Positions 40,614 to 50,302 of a stretch of DNA of 64,000 nucleotides are shown in pieces; within the stretch, counting starts at the first letter, position 1, and each line of letters starts with the position of its first letter. Source of the stretch: an uncultured Rhodobacteraceae bacterium (GTDB lineage Bacteria; Pseudomonadota; Alphaproteobacteria; Rhodobacterales; Rhodobacteraceae); NCBI GenBank assembly GCA_945952025.1, contig CAMFGW010000011.1, positions 10,377 to 74,376 of the forward strand. Reading direction: 5' to 3'. A program made the translations under genes and the position numbers. The notes beneath the pieces were generated by a model. That model was given only the letters and a program-made list of their open reading frames with translations. It ran no database searches and had not been told where the DNA came from.

Positions 40614-41405
40614 TCAGGTGGGTTCGCGCAGGATCTCCGACAGCGGCCCGAACAGCTCGGCGTTCGCCGCGATGACAGATCCGCTTTCCAGGATCTCGCG
40701 GCCAGCGCGCACGGCCGAGGTAAAGCCACCCGCCTCTTTCACCAGCAAAATCCCGGCCGCCATGTCCCAGGCGCCAAGCTCACGCTCCCAGTAGCCGTCG
40801 AGCCGGCCGCCCGCGACATAGGCCAGGTCGAGCGACGCCGCACCGAAGCGGCGCAAGCCGGCGGTCGCGGGCATCAGCCGCGCCAGGTCGCGCATGGTCG
40901 CAGGCAGGGTCTTCTTGGTCCCGAAGGGCACCCCCGTCGCCAGAAGCGCCTCGGCCATGTTGCGGCGGGCCGAGACGCGGATGCGCCCCTCGTTCATCCA
41001 GGCGCCCGCGCCCTTTTCGGCCCAGAAGAGCTCGTCCTTGGCCGGATCGTAGACCACGGCCGACACGATCTCGCCCTTGTGCTCGAGCGCGATCGACACC
41101 GCCCAGTGCGGCAGGCCGTGCAGGAAGTTCGTCGTCCCGTCGAGCGGGTCCACGATCCAGCGCCGCGTCGGGTCCGCCCCCGCCGTCTCGCCGCTTTCCT
41201 CGCCCAGCCAGCCGTAGGTCGGCCGCGCGCCCATCAGCTCTTCGCGGATCAGCTTTTCGGCCATGATGTCGGCGCGGCTGACAAAATCGCCCGCCCCCTT
41301 GATCGAGACCTGAAGGTTCTCTACCTCTCGGAAGTCCTTCACGAGGCTGCGCCCGGCCTTGCGGGCGGCCTTGATCATCAGGTTCAGGTTGGCGCTGCCT
41401 TGCAT
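40614..41405 (-). CDS. suhB: Inositol monophosphatase family protein SuhB
   Basis: LGEE, WIVDPLDGTTNF, RRFGAASLDLAYVA and WDMAAG motifs. Confidence 0.92.
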   Translation of the reverse strand: MQGSANLNLMIKAARKAGRSLVKDFREVENLQVSIKGAGDFVSRADIMAEKLIREELMGARPTYGWLGEESGETAGADPTRRWIVDPLDGTTNFLHGLPHWAVSIALEHKGEIVSAVVYDPAKDELFWAEKGAGAWMNEGRIRVSARRNMAEALLATGVPFGTKKTLPATMRDLARLMPATAGLRRFGAASLDLAYVAGGRLDGYWERELGAWDMAAGILLVKEAGGFTSAVRAGREILESGSVIAANAELFGPLSEILREPT

Positions 41406-41622
41406 TGCGGGCTCCTATGGGTCGCGCCCCGGCCTATACGCAAGCGGGGCGCGGTTGTGAAGGTGGCGTCGATGGGGTGGCCGTGGGGCGACCCCCCGCC
41501 GATTTTTCCGCAAGGGGCTTCAAACCCCGCGCAAAACCTCTAGACTGGCGTGCCTGAATCGGATCGCGCCGCCCGCTGCGCCCCGATCCAGACCGGACAG
41601 ACAGACCAAGGCCCAAGACCGC

Positions 41623-42249
41623 ATGACCAAGAGCGACCCATTCGGCTTCGACATTTCCGCTGCTTCGGACAAGAAGCGGCGATTGAAGGGCAAGCGCGCC
41701 ATGTCCGGCGCCTTTGAAACCTCGTCGCGCCGCTGCGAGCACAAGGGCTGCGACCAGCCCGGCCAGTTCCGCGCGCCGAAGTCGCCCGACAACCTGGACG
41801 ACTATTTCTGGTTCTGCCGCGAGCATGTCCGGGAATACAATCTGAAATGGAACTTCTTCCACGGCACGACCGAGGACGAGTTCGAGAAGTTCATCGACAA
41901 GGACCGGGTCTGGGGCCGCGAGACGCGCCCCTTCGGCAAGGCGGGCGTCGAGGATCAGGCCTGGCAACGGCTCGGCATCGCCAACCCGATGGAGGTTCTG
42001 GGCGCGAACGCCACCATGAACCCCGGCCGGTCCGCGGGCCGCAAGCTGCCGCCGACCGAACGCAAGGCGCTCGAGATCCTCGAGGCGCGCGACACCTGGA
42101 CGAAACCGGAAATCCGCCAGCAATACAAGAGCCTGGTCAAGGATCTTCACCCCGACATGAACGGCGGCGACCGCAGCGACGAGGCCCGCCTGCAAGAGGT
42201 CGTCTGGGCCTGGGACCAGATCAAGGACAGCCGCAACTTCCGCGATTAA
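41623..42249 (+). CDS. J-domain (DnaJ-like) protein with C-terminal J domain
   Basis: CEHKGC..., WFCREHVREYN..WNFF and C-terminal LVKDLHPDMNGGD (HPD motif). Confidence 0.88.
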   Translation: MTKSDPFGFDISAASDKKRRLKGKRAMSGAFETSSRRCEHKGCDQPGQFRAPKSPDNLDDYFWFCREHVREYNLKWNFFHGTTEDEFEKFIDKDRVWGRETRPFGKAGVEDQAWQRLGIANPMEVLGANATMNPGRSAGRKLPPTERKALEILEARDTWTKPEIRQQYKSLVKDLHPDMNGGDRSDEARLQEVVWAWDQIKDSRNFRD

Positions 42250-42255
42250 CGGCGC

Positions 42256-43917
42256 TCAGAACCGCCGCGCCAGCGCGTATTTCATCAGCCAGATCACCGC
42301 GCGGCGGACCATCATCGGCCGCAGGCCGGTCGCGCCCGTGAGATCGGCGATCGTCACCCCCGCCGCGCCCCCGCTCGCCACCACCTGCAGGACGGCGGTC
42401 AGCTCGGCCTCGGTCTGGACCGAACGGCCGATCCGCTTCAGGTCGCGCGCGGCAAAGATCGCAGCCACGCCCGGCCCGGGAACGGCGACGATCCGGTCGC
42501 GGGCGAAATCGACCTGCTGGCTGGGCCAGGCCGCGAACAGCCGGAAGGGCGATGGCGCGACCGGCAGCGCATCGGCGGCAAGCCGGATCGCCCCCGTCCC
42601 CTCGCGCTGGCGCCGCGCCGACAGGTCGGCAAAGACCGCCTGCATCTGCGGCACGACCGCCGCCCAGTCGTAAAGCGCCCGCGCCCGCGCCTGCCCCGCC
42701 GCCCCCATCTTGCGGCGCAGTCCGGGATTGACCGCCAGGTCGACGATCCGGTCGGCAAGGGCCGGCACCTCGACCTCGGTCAGGCCCGACACGGCGCCGA
42801 CGTAGCGCGGATAATTGTCGATCTCGGCATGCAGGCGCAGCGCCTCTTCCGCCGCATCCGCGGCCCGAAGCGTGCGCGTCGGCACGCGGAAGCCCACCTC
42901 GGGCGTTACCGTGTCGCGCATCCCGTCCCAGTCCGACGTGATGACCGGCAGCCCGGCCGCCATCGCCTCGACCGGCGCGAGGCCGAAGGTTTCCTGCACA
43001 TTGTCGATCGGAAAGACGAAGACATCCGCCGCCGACAGGGTGGCGAGACGGTCCTGGGGCAAGGCGCCATCCAGGAAGGTCACCGCCCCCTCGCCCAGAA
43101 GTGCGATCGCCCCGTCCTGGAACACGCGCTTGGCGTGCCCGCTGTCGAAGACGCCGCAGACCGCCAGGTGCAGCCGCCGGTCGCCGACACGCTGCCTGGC
43201 ATCGGCGATGGCAAGGTAAAGCGGCAGCGGGTCGAACTTCACGTTCGGGCTGAGCCGCGCCAGCGTCGCAAGCAACACATCGCCCGCACCAAGCCCGATC
43301 TGCGTCCTGAGGTTCGCCCCCGCCTCGGGGTCTGGCTCAAAGGCCGCCGTGTCAAGGCCGAGCGGCACCACCGGCGTCTGGAAACACGCAGGCCGGGTCG
43401 CGCCCAGATGCCGCGCCAGGTAGTCGTCGATCAGGTCGACCTGCGCCCGGACCGAGGCGCGGACGGTCGTCGAGGTGCAGATGACCGCGTCCCATTCGCC
43501 ATGGGGCGCCGTGCAAAGGTCGAAAAAACCCTGCATGACGCCGAGCGAGGCCGTCGTATGCGTCAGGCCGCAGATCGAATAGGCGCCAGCCCCGTGCCGC
43601 ACCCGCCGCCAAACTTCTGGCGCGAAGTTGGGGCTGGGATAGAAGATCGTGTCGAGGGGCGCCATGCGCAGCGGGAAGTGCCGCGACAGGCTGCGGACCG
43701 GGCGGTCCGGCGCAACCGACGCGACGGCCTCGGCAAAGGTCCCGGCCTCGGCATCGGACCCGACAAGGGCCACCAGTTCGTCCGCCACGGCATGCTGCGC
43801 ATAGCCGCGCAGGAACGAGGCACCGGCCACCCGGCGGCCGTTGATTCCATGCTTTTCCGGCAGGAACCCGTCATCGGCATACCACAAGGCGGCGTTCGCT
43901 GCCGGCCCGCTGCTCAC
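42256..43917 (-). CDS. Glycosyltransferase family 4 (GT-B)
   Basis: GLTHTT, DAVICTS, VVPLGLD, ETFGLAPVEAMAAGLPVITSDWDG and YDWAAVVP motifs. GTG start at 43917 overlaps the upstream stop. Confidence 0.88.
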   Translation of the reverse strand: MSSGPAANAALWYADDGFLPEKHGINGRRVAGASFLRGYAQHAVADELVALVGSDAEAGTFAEAVASVAPDRPVRSLSRHFPLRMAPLDTIFYPSPNFAPEVWRRVRHGAGAYSICGLTHTTASLGVMQGFFDLCTAPHGEWDAVICTSTTVRASVRAQVDLIDDYLARHLGATRPACFQTPVVPLGLDTAAFEPDPEAGANLRTQIGLGAGDVLLATLARLSPNVKFDPLPLYLAIADARQRVGDRRLHLAVCGVFDSGHAKRVFQDGAIALLGEGAVTFLDGALPQDRLATLSAADVFVFPIDNVQETFGLAPVEAMAAGLPVITSDWDGMRDTVTPEVGFRVPTRTLRAADAAEEALRLHAEIDNYPRYVGAVSGLTEVEVPALADRIVDLAVNPGLRRKMGAAGQARARALYDWAAVVPQMQAVFADLSARRQREGTGAIRLAADALPVAPSPFRLFAAWPSQQVDFARDRIVAVPGPGVAAIFAARDLKRIGRSVQTEAELTAVLQVVASGGAAGVTIADLTGATGLRPMMVRRAVIWLMKYALARRF

Positions 43918-44717
43918 CCTTTTGCCTCCATCCACAGCCAGGGCGTGGGCCCCATCCGCCATTCCCAGACCGCAAGCAGCCGGTCCAGGTCCGAAAGCGC
44001 GTTCATCCAAGGCGGCAGCGGCGCGTCGGGCGCCCCACGGTCCAGTCGCGTGACGCGGTGGGTGGAGGCGAAGCGGTCCGCCAGCCGCTGTGACAGGCCC
44101 GGCACGAAGCAGTCGTGCGCCTCGACCAGAATGTCGACCGAAGCCAGCACCGGCGCCTCGGCGGGGTCCAGAAGCGTTTCCTCGGCGCCTTCGATGTCGC
44201 ACAGGACCAGTGCGCGATGGCCCGCGCAGCAGTCGAAATCGGCGTGCGTGGCGGTGCCCATGACCGTGACCCGGTCCGCGACCCCGTTCCGCTCGGCCAT
44301 GGCCTGGCAGCGCGCCCGCGCCACCCGGTCGCTGTCGAAGGCCAGGACCCGCGCCCCCGGCAGCCTGAGCGCGAGGCCGACGGCATAATAGCCCTCGGCC
44401 GCACCCAGATCGAGGATCAGGTCGGGCGCGCGGGCGATGATCGCCTCGATCACCGGATGAAGCGCCGGCTCATAGACGCCAAGGAGCCGCGCCGCCCCGG
44501 CCCCTTCGCTCGCCCCGCCGTAATCCATGCCGGCGAAGGGGCCGGACAGCACCCGTTCGCCCGACCGCTCGCGCAGCGTCGCCTCGATCAGGGCCGCGCG
44601 CCATTTCGCCAGATGCCGCAGGGCCTGCGCCAGCCGGCCGGCGTCCGGCTCTGCCGCCAGCAGCGCGCGCAGATCCGCTGTCACCTTTTCCGTCAGCGCC
44701 GAAGGACGGGCAGCCAT
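43914..44717 (-). CDS. Class I SAM-dependent methyltransferase (FkbM-like)
   Basis: LILDLGAAEGYYAVG SAM motif I, LAFD and CDIEGAE. Start at ATG 44717. Confidence 0.75.
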   Translation of the reverse strand: MAARPSALTEKVTADLRALLAAEPDAGRLAQALRHLAKWRAALIEATLRERSGERVLSGPFAGMDYGGASEGAGAARLLGVYEPALHPVIEAIIARAPDLILDLGAAEGYYAVGLALRLPGARVLAFDSDRVARARCQAMAERNGVADRVTVMGTATHADFDCCAGHRALVLCDIEGAEETLLDPAEAPVLASVDILVEAHDCFVPGLSQRLADRFASTHRVTRLDRGAPDAPLPPWMNALSDLDRLLAVWEWRMGPTPWLWMEAKG

Positions 44718-44830
44718 ACACGCTCCCTGACGAGCTACCATTCGGGCGACCGTGCCCGTTTAAGGGTGGTAGCCGCCCTTTGCGGCCCTGTCCACGCTGC
44801 TGTCCACGCTTCTGTCGCGCGGCATGCGCC

Positions 44831-45334
44831 TCAGGCTGCGGTGAAGGTCAGCGCCAGCCCGTTCATGCAGTAGCGCTTGCCGGTCGGCGCCGGGCCGTCA
44901 TCGAAGACATGGCCCAGATGGCCGCCGCACCGGCGGCAGTGGACCTCGGTCCGGGTGAAGATCCAACCCTTGTCGGCCTTGGTCCTGACCGCATCGGGCA
45001 GGGGCGCGGTGAACGAGGGCCAGCCCGTGCCGCTGTCGAACTTGGCGTCCGAGGCATAGAGCGGCAACTTGCAGCCGGCGCAATCGAAGGTGCCGGCGCG
45101 ATGTTCGTTGTTCAGGGGCGACGAGCCCGAGGGCTCTGTCGCCGCCTCGCGCAGGACGGCATAGCGGTCGGGCCCCAGAAGCGCGCGCCATTCCTCGGGG
45201 CTGTGCGTGACCTCGAACACCTCACCCGCCGCCTCGTCGGCCCGCGCCCGCGCCATCCGCAGCAGCGCCAGCGCCCCGCTCCCGAGGATGAGCCCGCGCC
45301 GGCCGATCTTGGAATTCAGTCGAAAGCTCTTCAT
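44831..45334 (-). CDS. msrB: Peptide-methionine (R)-S-oxide reductase with Tat-like signal
   Basis: [33 protein letters not shown] and RYCMNG motifs. N-terminal RRGLILG twin-arginine-like leader. Confidence 0.93.
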   Translation of the reverse strand: MKSFRLNSKIGRRGLILGSGALALLRMARARADEAAGEVFEVTHSPEEWRALLGPDRYAVLREAATEPSGSSPLNNEHRAGTFDCAGCKLPLYASDAKFDSGTGWPSFTAPLPDAVRTKADKGWIFTRTEVHCRRCGGHLGHVFDDGPAPTGKRYCMNGLALTFTAA

Positions 45335-45432
45335 CGCCACGCCCTCTGGATCAGGGCCAGAGAATGCCACAGCGCGCCGGCAAAGGGCAATCACACCTGC
45401 GTGCGACGCCCTTTACCGGTCACGAACCAAGG

Positions 45433-46728
45433 TCACTCGTCATCCAGTGTCTTGAGGAAGGCGACCAGTTCGGCCTCTTCCTTGCCGGTCAGTTTCAGGT
45501 TGCCCAGCTCGTCCTTGTTCATCGTCGCAGCATATTCGGGCGCGGGCCAGCACTTCTGGGCCATCGCCTCGGCCTCGCTGGCCAGCGGATCGGCGCAGGC
45601 CGGCAGCACGTCGCGGGTGTTGTAGAAATGGACGACCCCTTCGAGCGTCTTGAAATAGCCGTTGTGCATGTAGCCCTTCACCGACCCCGGCGTGGCGACC
45701 TTGGTCAGGTTGCGCAAGGTCGGCACCTGCTGGCGGGCCACGTTCGCTTCGGCATAGGGCTTGAAGACCGGATCGGTCGCCAGATAGCCGCCAAGGCCCG
45801 CATCATACCAGTCCTTGCCCTCCGTGTTCGCCGCGTCCTTGTAGAAGGGATTGTCGCGGTTGCGCGGCACGCCGAGGTTGTCGAAGGTCCAGTCGGTCAG
45901 AACCGCCGGGCCGCCTTGCGTGTTCGGCGTCAGCACATGGCAGGCCGCGCAATTGCCCTTGTCCTCGGCCTTGAAGACCTCGAGCCCCGCCAGTTCCTCG
46001 TCCGACAGCGTGCCCTCGCCGCGCGTCCACTTGTCGTAGCGCGAGCTGAAACGGTTGACCTCATGCGATTGCTCGAAGGCCGAGAGCGAGAGCGCGATCC
46101 GGCCGAAGGCTGCGTCGATCGCATCGGCCATCTCGCCTTCCGGGATCTCGATCTTGGCGTCTGGGTTCTTGCACGCCTCCTCGAGCCCGGCCGGGAAGGT
46201 CACGTCCGCGACATCCCTGCCCCAGACATCGGTCAGCCTGACCGGATAGTGCGCGGGGTCGGCCGGGTGAAGGACGCGGTAGACGACGCAGGCCGCCGAC
46301 GGCATGGCCATTTCCTTGGGGTTGAGGAACGGCCCCTCGGCCTGGTCGGCGATCGGCACCCCCAGCTTGCCGCCGGTGGCCCGGCCGTCGAGGAAGGCCC
46401 CGCCGACGAAGGTCACGTCGCCGTCGTCGATGATGTGGCTCAGGACCGGCGAGAAAGAGGCATAGGCGGCGGACGGCGGCTTGCGGTTGCCGAACCGGCC
46501 CGGAACAGCGCCCTCGATGACGGCGCCCGCCTTGTTGAACGCGTCATGCGCGCTGGTGAAGCCCTGGCCCGGATCATGGCAGAAGCTGCAGGACTGCGCC
46601 CCGTTCGCCGAGAGGTTGCCATCGGTGAAGATCGACTTGCCCAGTCGCTCGATGGGCGAAAGGTCGTCGGCAAGGGCCGGAACGGCAAGCAACGGCAAAC
46701 ACGTCAGTGCAAAGGAGAGGCGGCGCAT
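45433..46728 (-). CDS. Di-heme cytochrome c peroxidase / MauG-family protein
   Basis: Signal peptide, two CxxCH (CSFCH, CAACH), FLDGRA, QAEGPF.NP.EM, VPTLRN and YMHNG motifs. Confidence 0.88.
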   Translation of the reverse strand: MRRLSFALTCLPLLAVPALADDLSPIERLGKSIFTDGNLSANGAQSCSFCHDPGQGFTSAHDAFNKAGAVIEGAVPGRFGNRKPPSAAYASFSPVLSHIIDDGDVTFVGGAFLDGRATGGKLGVPIADQAEGPFLNPKEMAMPSAACVVYRVLHPADPAHYPVRLTDVWGRDVADVTFPAGLEEACKNPDAKIEIPEGEMADAIDAAFGRIALSLSAFEQSHEVNRFSSRYDKWTRGEGTLSDEELAGLEVFKAEDKGNCAACHVLTPNTQGGPAVLTDWTFDNLGVPRNRDNPFYKDAANTEGKDWYDAGLGGYLATDPVFKPYAEANVARQQVPTLRNLTKVATPGSVKGYMHNGYFKTLEGVVHFYNTRDVLPACADPLASEAEAMAQKCWPAPEYAATMNKDELGNLKLTGKEEAELVAFLKTLDDE

Positions 46729-46761
46729 CGGGGACCCTTTATCGCAGTATTTTTATCAGGA

Positions 46762-46789
46762 ATTAGCTTTCGCCCAGTCTTTCTGTCAA
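46762..46789 (-). promoter_or_regulatory. Candidate sigma70 promoter for the CCP/MauG gene
   Basis: Minus strand TTGACA (46789-46784)-N16-GCTAAT (46767-46762) in an AT-rich patch. Confidence 0.35.
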
Positions 46790-47103
46790 CAAGATCTTTT
46801 TGCGCGCGGCAAGGCAACGACGCCATTTCCCTGCGCGCCACCAGACAGGCGTTAGACCGGGTCCGACTGCCGGGCAACCAGAACCGCCCGCCCCCAGGAA
46901 CCCGGCCGAAAATCCGGCCTTACCGTTTCCCGCAAATCTCTCGTTGGTCGCGCCGCAGCACATTGTCGCCGGGCGGAAACAATGGACATTCGCGCGCCCG
47001 CCCTCCGCCAGGGCCCCGCTTGTCGCCCCCGCCCCTTGCACCCTCCCGCGATCTCCTTCATCAAGGCGCGGTGGCGCCCGGTAGGGTTCCGGGCCAAAGA
47101 ACG

Positions 47104-48090
47104 ATGGCGGACCCAATGCTCGACCAACATGCGAAACCGACCGAAGAAATCTCCGTGCGCGATCTGTTCGGCATCGACAGCGAGATGAAGGTCAAGGCAT
47201 TCGCCGAAAAGACCGACCGCGTGCCAGAGCTCGACTTGACCTACAAGTTCGACCCGGACACGACGCTCGCCATCCTTGCGGGCTTCGCCTACAACCGCCG
47301 CGTCATGATCCAGGGCTACCACGGCACCGGCAAGTCGACCCATATCGAACAGGTCGCCGCCCGCCTCAACTGGCCCTGCGTGCGCGTGAACCTCGACAGC
47401 CACATCAGCCGCATCGACCTGATCGGCAAGGACGCGATCAAGCTGCGCGACGGCAAGCAGGTCACCGAATTCCACGAAGGCATCCTGCCCTGGGCGCTGC
47501 GCAATCCCGTCGCCATCGTCTTCGACGAATATGACGCGGGCCGGGCGGACGTGATGTTCGTCATCCAGCGCGTGCTGGAACATGACGGCAAGCTGACGCT
47601 TCTCGACCAGAACGAAATCATCACCCCCCACCCGTCCTTCCGCCTTTTTGCGACGGCGAACACGGTGGGCCTGGGCGATACGACCGGCCTTTACCACGGC
47701 GTCCAGCAGATCAACCAGGCCCAGATGGACCGCTGGTCGCTGGTCGCGACGCTGAACTACCTCAGCCACGACGCCGAAACCGCGATCGTCCTGGCCAAGA
47801 GCCCGCACTACAACACCGAGAAGGGCCGCAAGATCATCAGCCAGATGGTCACCGTCGCCGACCTGACCCGGACCGCCTTCATGAATGGCGAGCTTTCGAC
47901 CGTCATGAGCCCGCGCACCGTCCTGAATTGGGCCGCCAACGCCGAGATCTTCCGCAACGTCGGCTACGCCTTCCGCCTGACCTTCCTGAACAAGTGCGAC
48001 GAGCTGGAACGCCAGACCGTCGCCGAGTTCTACCAGCGCTGCTTCGACGAGGAACTGCCCGAAAGCGCCGCCAGCCAGAGCATCAGGTGA
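47104..48090 (+). CDS. cobS: Cobaltochelatase subunit CobS (MoxR-type AAA+)
   Basis: GYHGTGKST Walker A, RVNLD, VFDEYD Walker B, NQAQMDRW and MSPRT motifs. Confidence 0.95.
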   Translation: MADPMLDQHAKPTEEISVRDLFGIDSEMKVKAFAEKTDRVPELDLTYKFDPDTTLAILAGFAYNRRVMIQGYHGTGKSTHIEQVAARLNWPCVRVNLDSHISRIDLIGKDAIKLRDGKQVTEFHEGILPWALRNPVAIVFDEYDAGRADVMFVIQRVLEHDGKLTLLDQNEIITPHPSFRLFATANTVGLGDTTGLYHGVQQINQAQMDRWSLVATLNYLSHDAETAIVLAKSPHYNTEKGRKIISQMVTVADLTRTAFMNGELSTVMSPRTVLNWAANAEIFRNVGYAFRLTFLNKCDELERQTVAEFYQRCFDEELPESAASQSIR

Positions 48091-48398
48091 TGGGCCGGTC
48101 CGCGACCCGGCTGGGACTGGGTGCCACGCTTCTGGCTCTGACCTCCTGCGTGGCGACCGGGGTTCCTCACCACAAGCGGATGAACCGGGGGCGCGCCTGC
48201 CAGGAAAGGCGGACGATCTACGGCGATATGGTGCAAATGAACTGCGGCAACGGCCGCATGAAGATGCGCCATATGGACGACGAGGATCAGCCCGCCTTCT
48301 TCGTGCCCCGCTGCGCCGACGAGCGGGGACGCGGCAATGCCCGAGGCCACGGTCACGGCCACGGCAAGCATCAGACCTGGTGTGCGGCGGGGGACTGA
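48090..48398 (+). CDS. Small predicted lipoprotein, Cys/His-rich
   Basis: 102 aa. Lipobox LTSC (aa17-20), four further Cys and a GHGHGHGKH tail. GC-rich third codon positions. Overlaps the cobS stop and ends 1 bp before cobT. Confidence 0.6.
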   Translation: MGRSATRLGLGATLLALTSCVATGVPHHKRMNRGRACQERRTIYGDMVQMNCGNGRMKMRHMDDEDQPAFFVPRCADERGRGNARGHGHGHGKHQTWCAAGD

Positions 48399-48399
48399 G

Positions 48400-50268
48400 A
48401 TGACCCAACGCTCCGACAATCCCGCCGATCCGTTCAAAAAAGCCCTGGCCGAGGCGACGCGCACCATGGCGGACGCGCCGGACCTGACGGTGACCTATTC
48501 GGTCGACCCGCCCGGCATGACCGGGGACACGATGCGCCTGCCGCAGGTGAGCCGCCGGCTGACCCGCGACGAGGTGCTGATCGCGCGCGGCACGGCCGAT
48601 TCGCTGGCTCTGCGCCACCGCTACCACGACAATGCCATCGCCGCCCGCTACGCCCCGCAAGGCCCCATGGCTCGCGACCTGTTCGAGGCGATGGAGATCG
48701 CCCGCGCCGAGGCGCTCGGCGCCCGCGACATGCCGGGCACGCTGGGCAATATCGACGCCAAGATCGGGGCAGAGGCCGAACGCCGCGGCTACAGTCAGAT
48801 CCGCTCGACCGAAGAGGCGCCGCTGGCCCAGGCCGCGGGCTACCTGGTGCGCCATCTGGCCACGGGGCGCCCCATGCCGGGCGGCGCGGGCCATGTGATG
48901 GAGCTTTGGCGGCCCTATATCGAGGGCCAGGCGGGCGAGGCACTGGACCATATCCGCGAAAATCTGGGCAACCAGGCGGCTTTTGCCCGCCTCGCCCGCC
49001 AGATCATCAAGGATCTGGGCTACGGCGACCAGCTGGGCGATGACCCCGACGAAGCGCCAGAAGATGACGGCGAAGGCCAGGACGCCGAGGACCAGCCCGA
49101 CACCGCCGACAGCGAGGAACAGAGCGAAGGCCTGGAAGAAGAGGCCACGCCCGAGGAAAGCCAGGACAAGGAAGAGGACCCGAGCCAGTCCAAGGTCACG
49201 TCCGACGACATGGCCGACATGGAGGAGGGCGAAGAGGCAGAGCTTCCCGAAAGCGACGCCCCGCTCGACCCGCCGCCCCCCGCGCCCCATTCCGACGCCG
49301 ACCCGAACTATGCCGTCTATACAACGGACTACGACGAGGAAATCCGCGCCGAGGAACTGGCCGAGCCGGCAGAGCTTGAACGGCTGCGCGCCTACCTCGA
49401 CCAGCAACTCGAACCGCTGAAGGGCGCCGTCTCGCGGCTCGCGAACAAGTTGCAGCGCCGGCTTCAGGCCCAGCAGAACCGCAGCTGGGAGTTCGACAAG
49501 GAAGAGGGCATCCTGGACGCCGGCCGCCTGGCGCGCGTCGTGGCGAACCCGACGACGCCCCTGTCCTTCAAATGGGAAAAGGACACAGAGTTCCGCGACA
49601 CCTGTGTGACACTCCTTCTGGACAACTCGGGCTCGATGCGTGGACGCCCGATTTCCATCGCGGCGATCTGCGCCGACGTTCTGGCCCGCACGCTCGAACG
49701 CTGCCAGGTCAAGGTCGAGATCCTGGGCTTCACCACCCGCGCCTGGAAGGGCGGCCAGTCGCGCGAACGCTGGCTCGCCTCCGGCCGGCCGAGCCATCCG
49801 GGCCGGCTGAACGACCTGCGCCACATCGTCTACAAGTCCGCCGACGCGCCCTGGCGGCGGGTCCGGCCGAACCTGGGCCTGATGATGAAGGAAGGGCTTC
49901 TGAAGGAAAACATCGACGGCGAGGCGCTGGAATGGGCGCACCGGCGCACGATCCACCGCCCCGAACAGCGCAAGATCCTGATGGTGATCTCGGACGGCGC
50001 GCCGGTCGACGACAGCACCCTGTCGGTCAACCCGGCGAACTACCTGGAAAAGCACCTGCGCGACGTGATCGCCATGGTCGAGAAAAGGAAGCTTGTCGAA
50101 CTGATCGCCATCGGCATCGGCCATGACGTGACCCGCTACTACCAGCGCGCGGTCACGATCACCGATGTCGAACAGCTGGCCGGCGCCATGACCGAACAGC
50201 TGGCGAGCCTCTTCGACGCCAACCCCCGCGCCCGCGCGCGCGCGCTCGGCCAGCGCCGGGTCGCGTGA
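48400..50268 (+). CDS. cobT: Cobaltochelatase subunit CobT (vWA domain)
   Basis: [11 protein letters not shown], acidic linker, [18 protein letters not shown] motif, [10 protein letters not shown] and [10 protein letters not shown]. Confidence 0.95.
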   Translation: MTQRSDNPADPFKKALAEATRTMADAPDLTVTYSVDPPGMTGDTMRLPQVSRRLTRDEVLIARGTADSLALRHRYHDNAIAARYAPQGPMARDLFEAMEIARAEALGARDMPGTLGNIDAKIGAEAERRGYSQIRSTEEAPLAQAAGYLVRHLATGRPMPGGAGHVMELWRPYIEGQAGEALDHIRENLGNQAAFARLARQIIKDLGYGDQLGDDPDEAPEDDGEGQDAEDQPDTADSEEQSEGLEEEATPEESQDKEEDPSQSKVTSDDMADMEEGEEAELPESDAPLDPPPPAPHSDADPNYAVYTTDYDEEIRAEELAEPAELERLRAYLDQQLEPLKGAVSRLANKLQRRLQAQQNRSWEFDKEEGILDAGRLARVVANPTTPLSFKWEKDTEFRDTCVTLLLDNSGSMRGRPISIAAICADVLARTLERCQVKVEILGFTTRAWKGGQSRERWLASGRPSHPGRLNDLRHIVYKSADAPWRRVRPNLGLMMKEGLLKENIDGEALEWAHRRTIHRPEQRKILMVISDGAPVDDSTLSVNPANYLEKHLRDVIAMVEKRKLVELIAIGIGHDVTRYYQRAVTITDVEQLAGAMTEQLASLFDANPRARARALGQRRVA

Positions 50269-50302
50269 CAAGGGGCTGACCCAGCCGACGAAAGGCAGGC
50301 CC

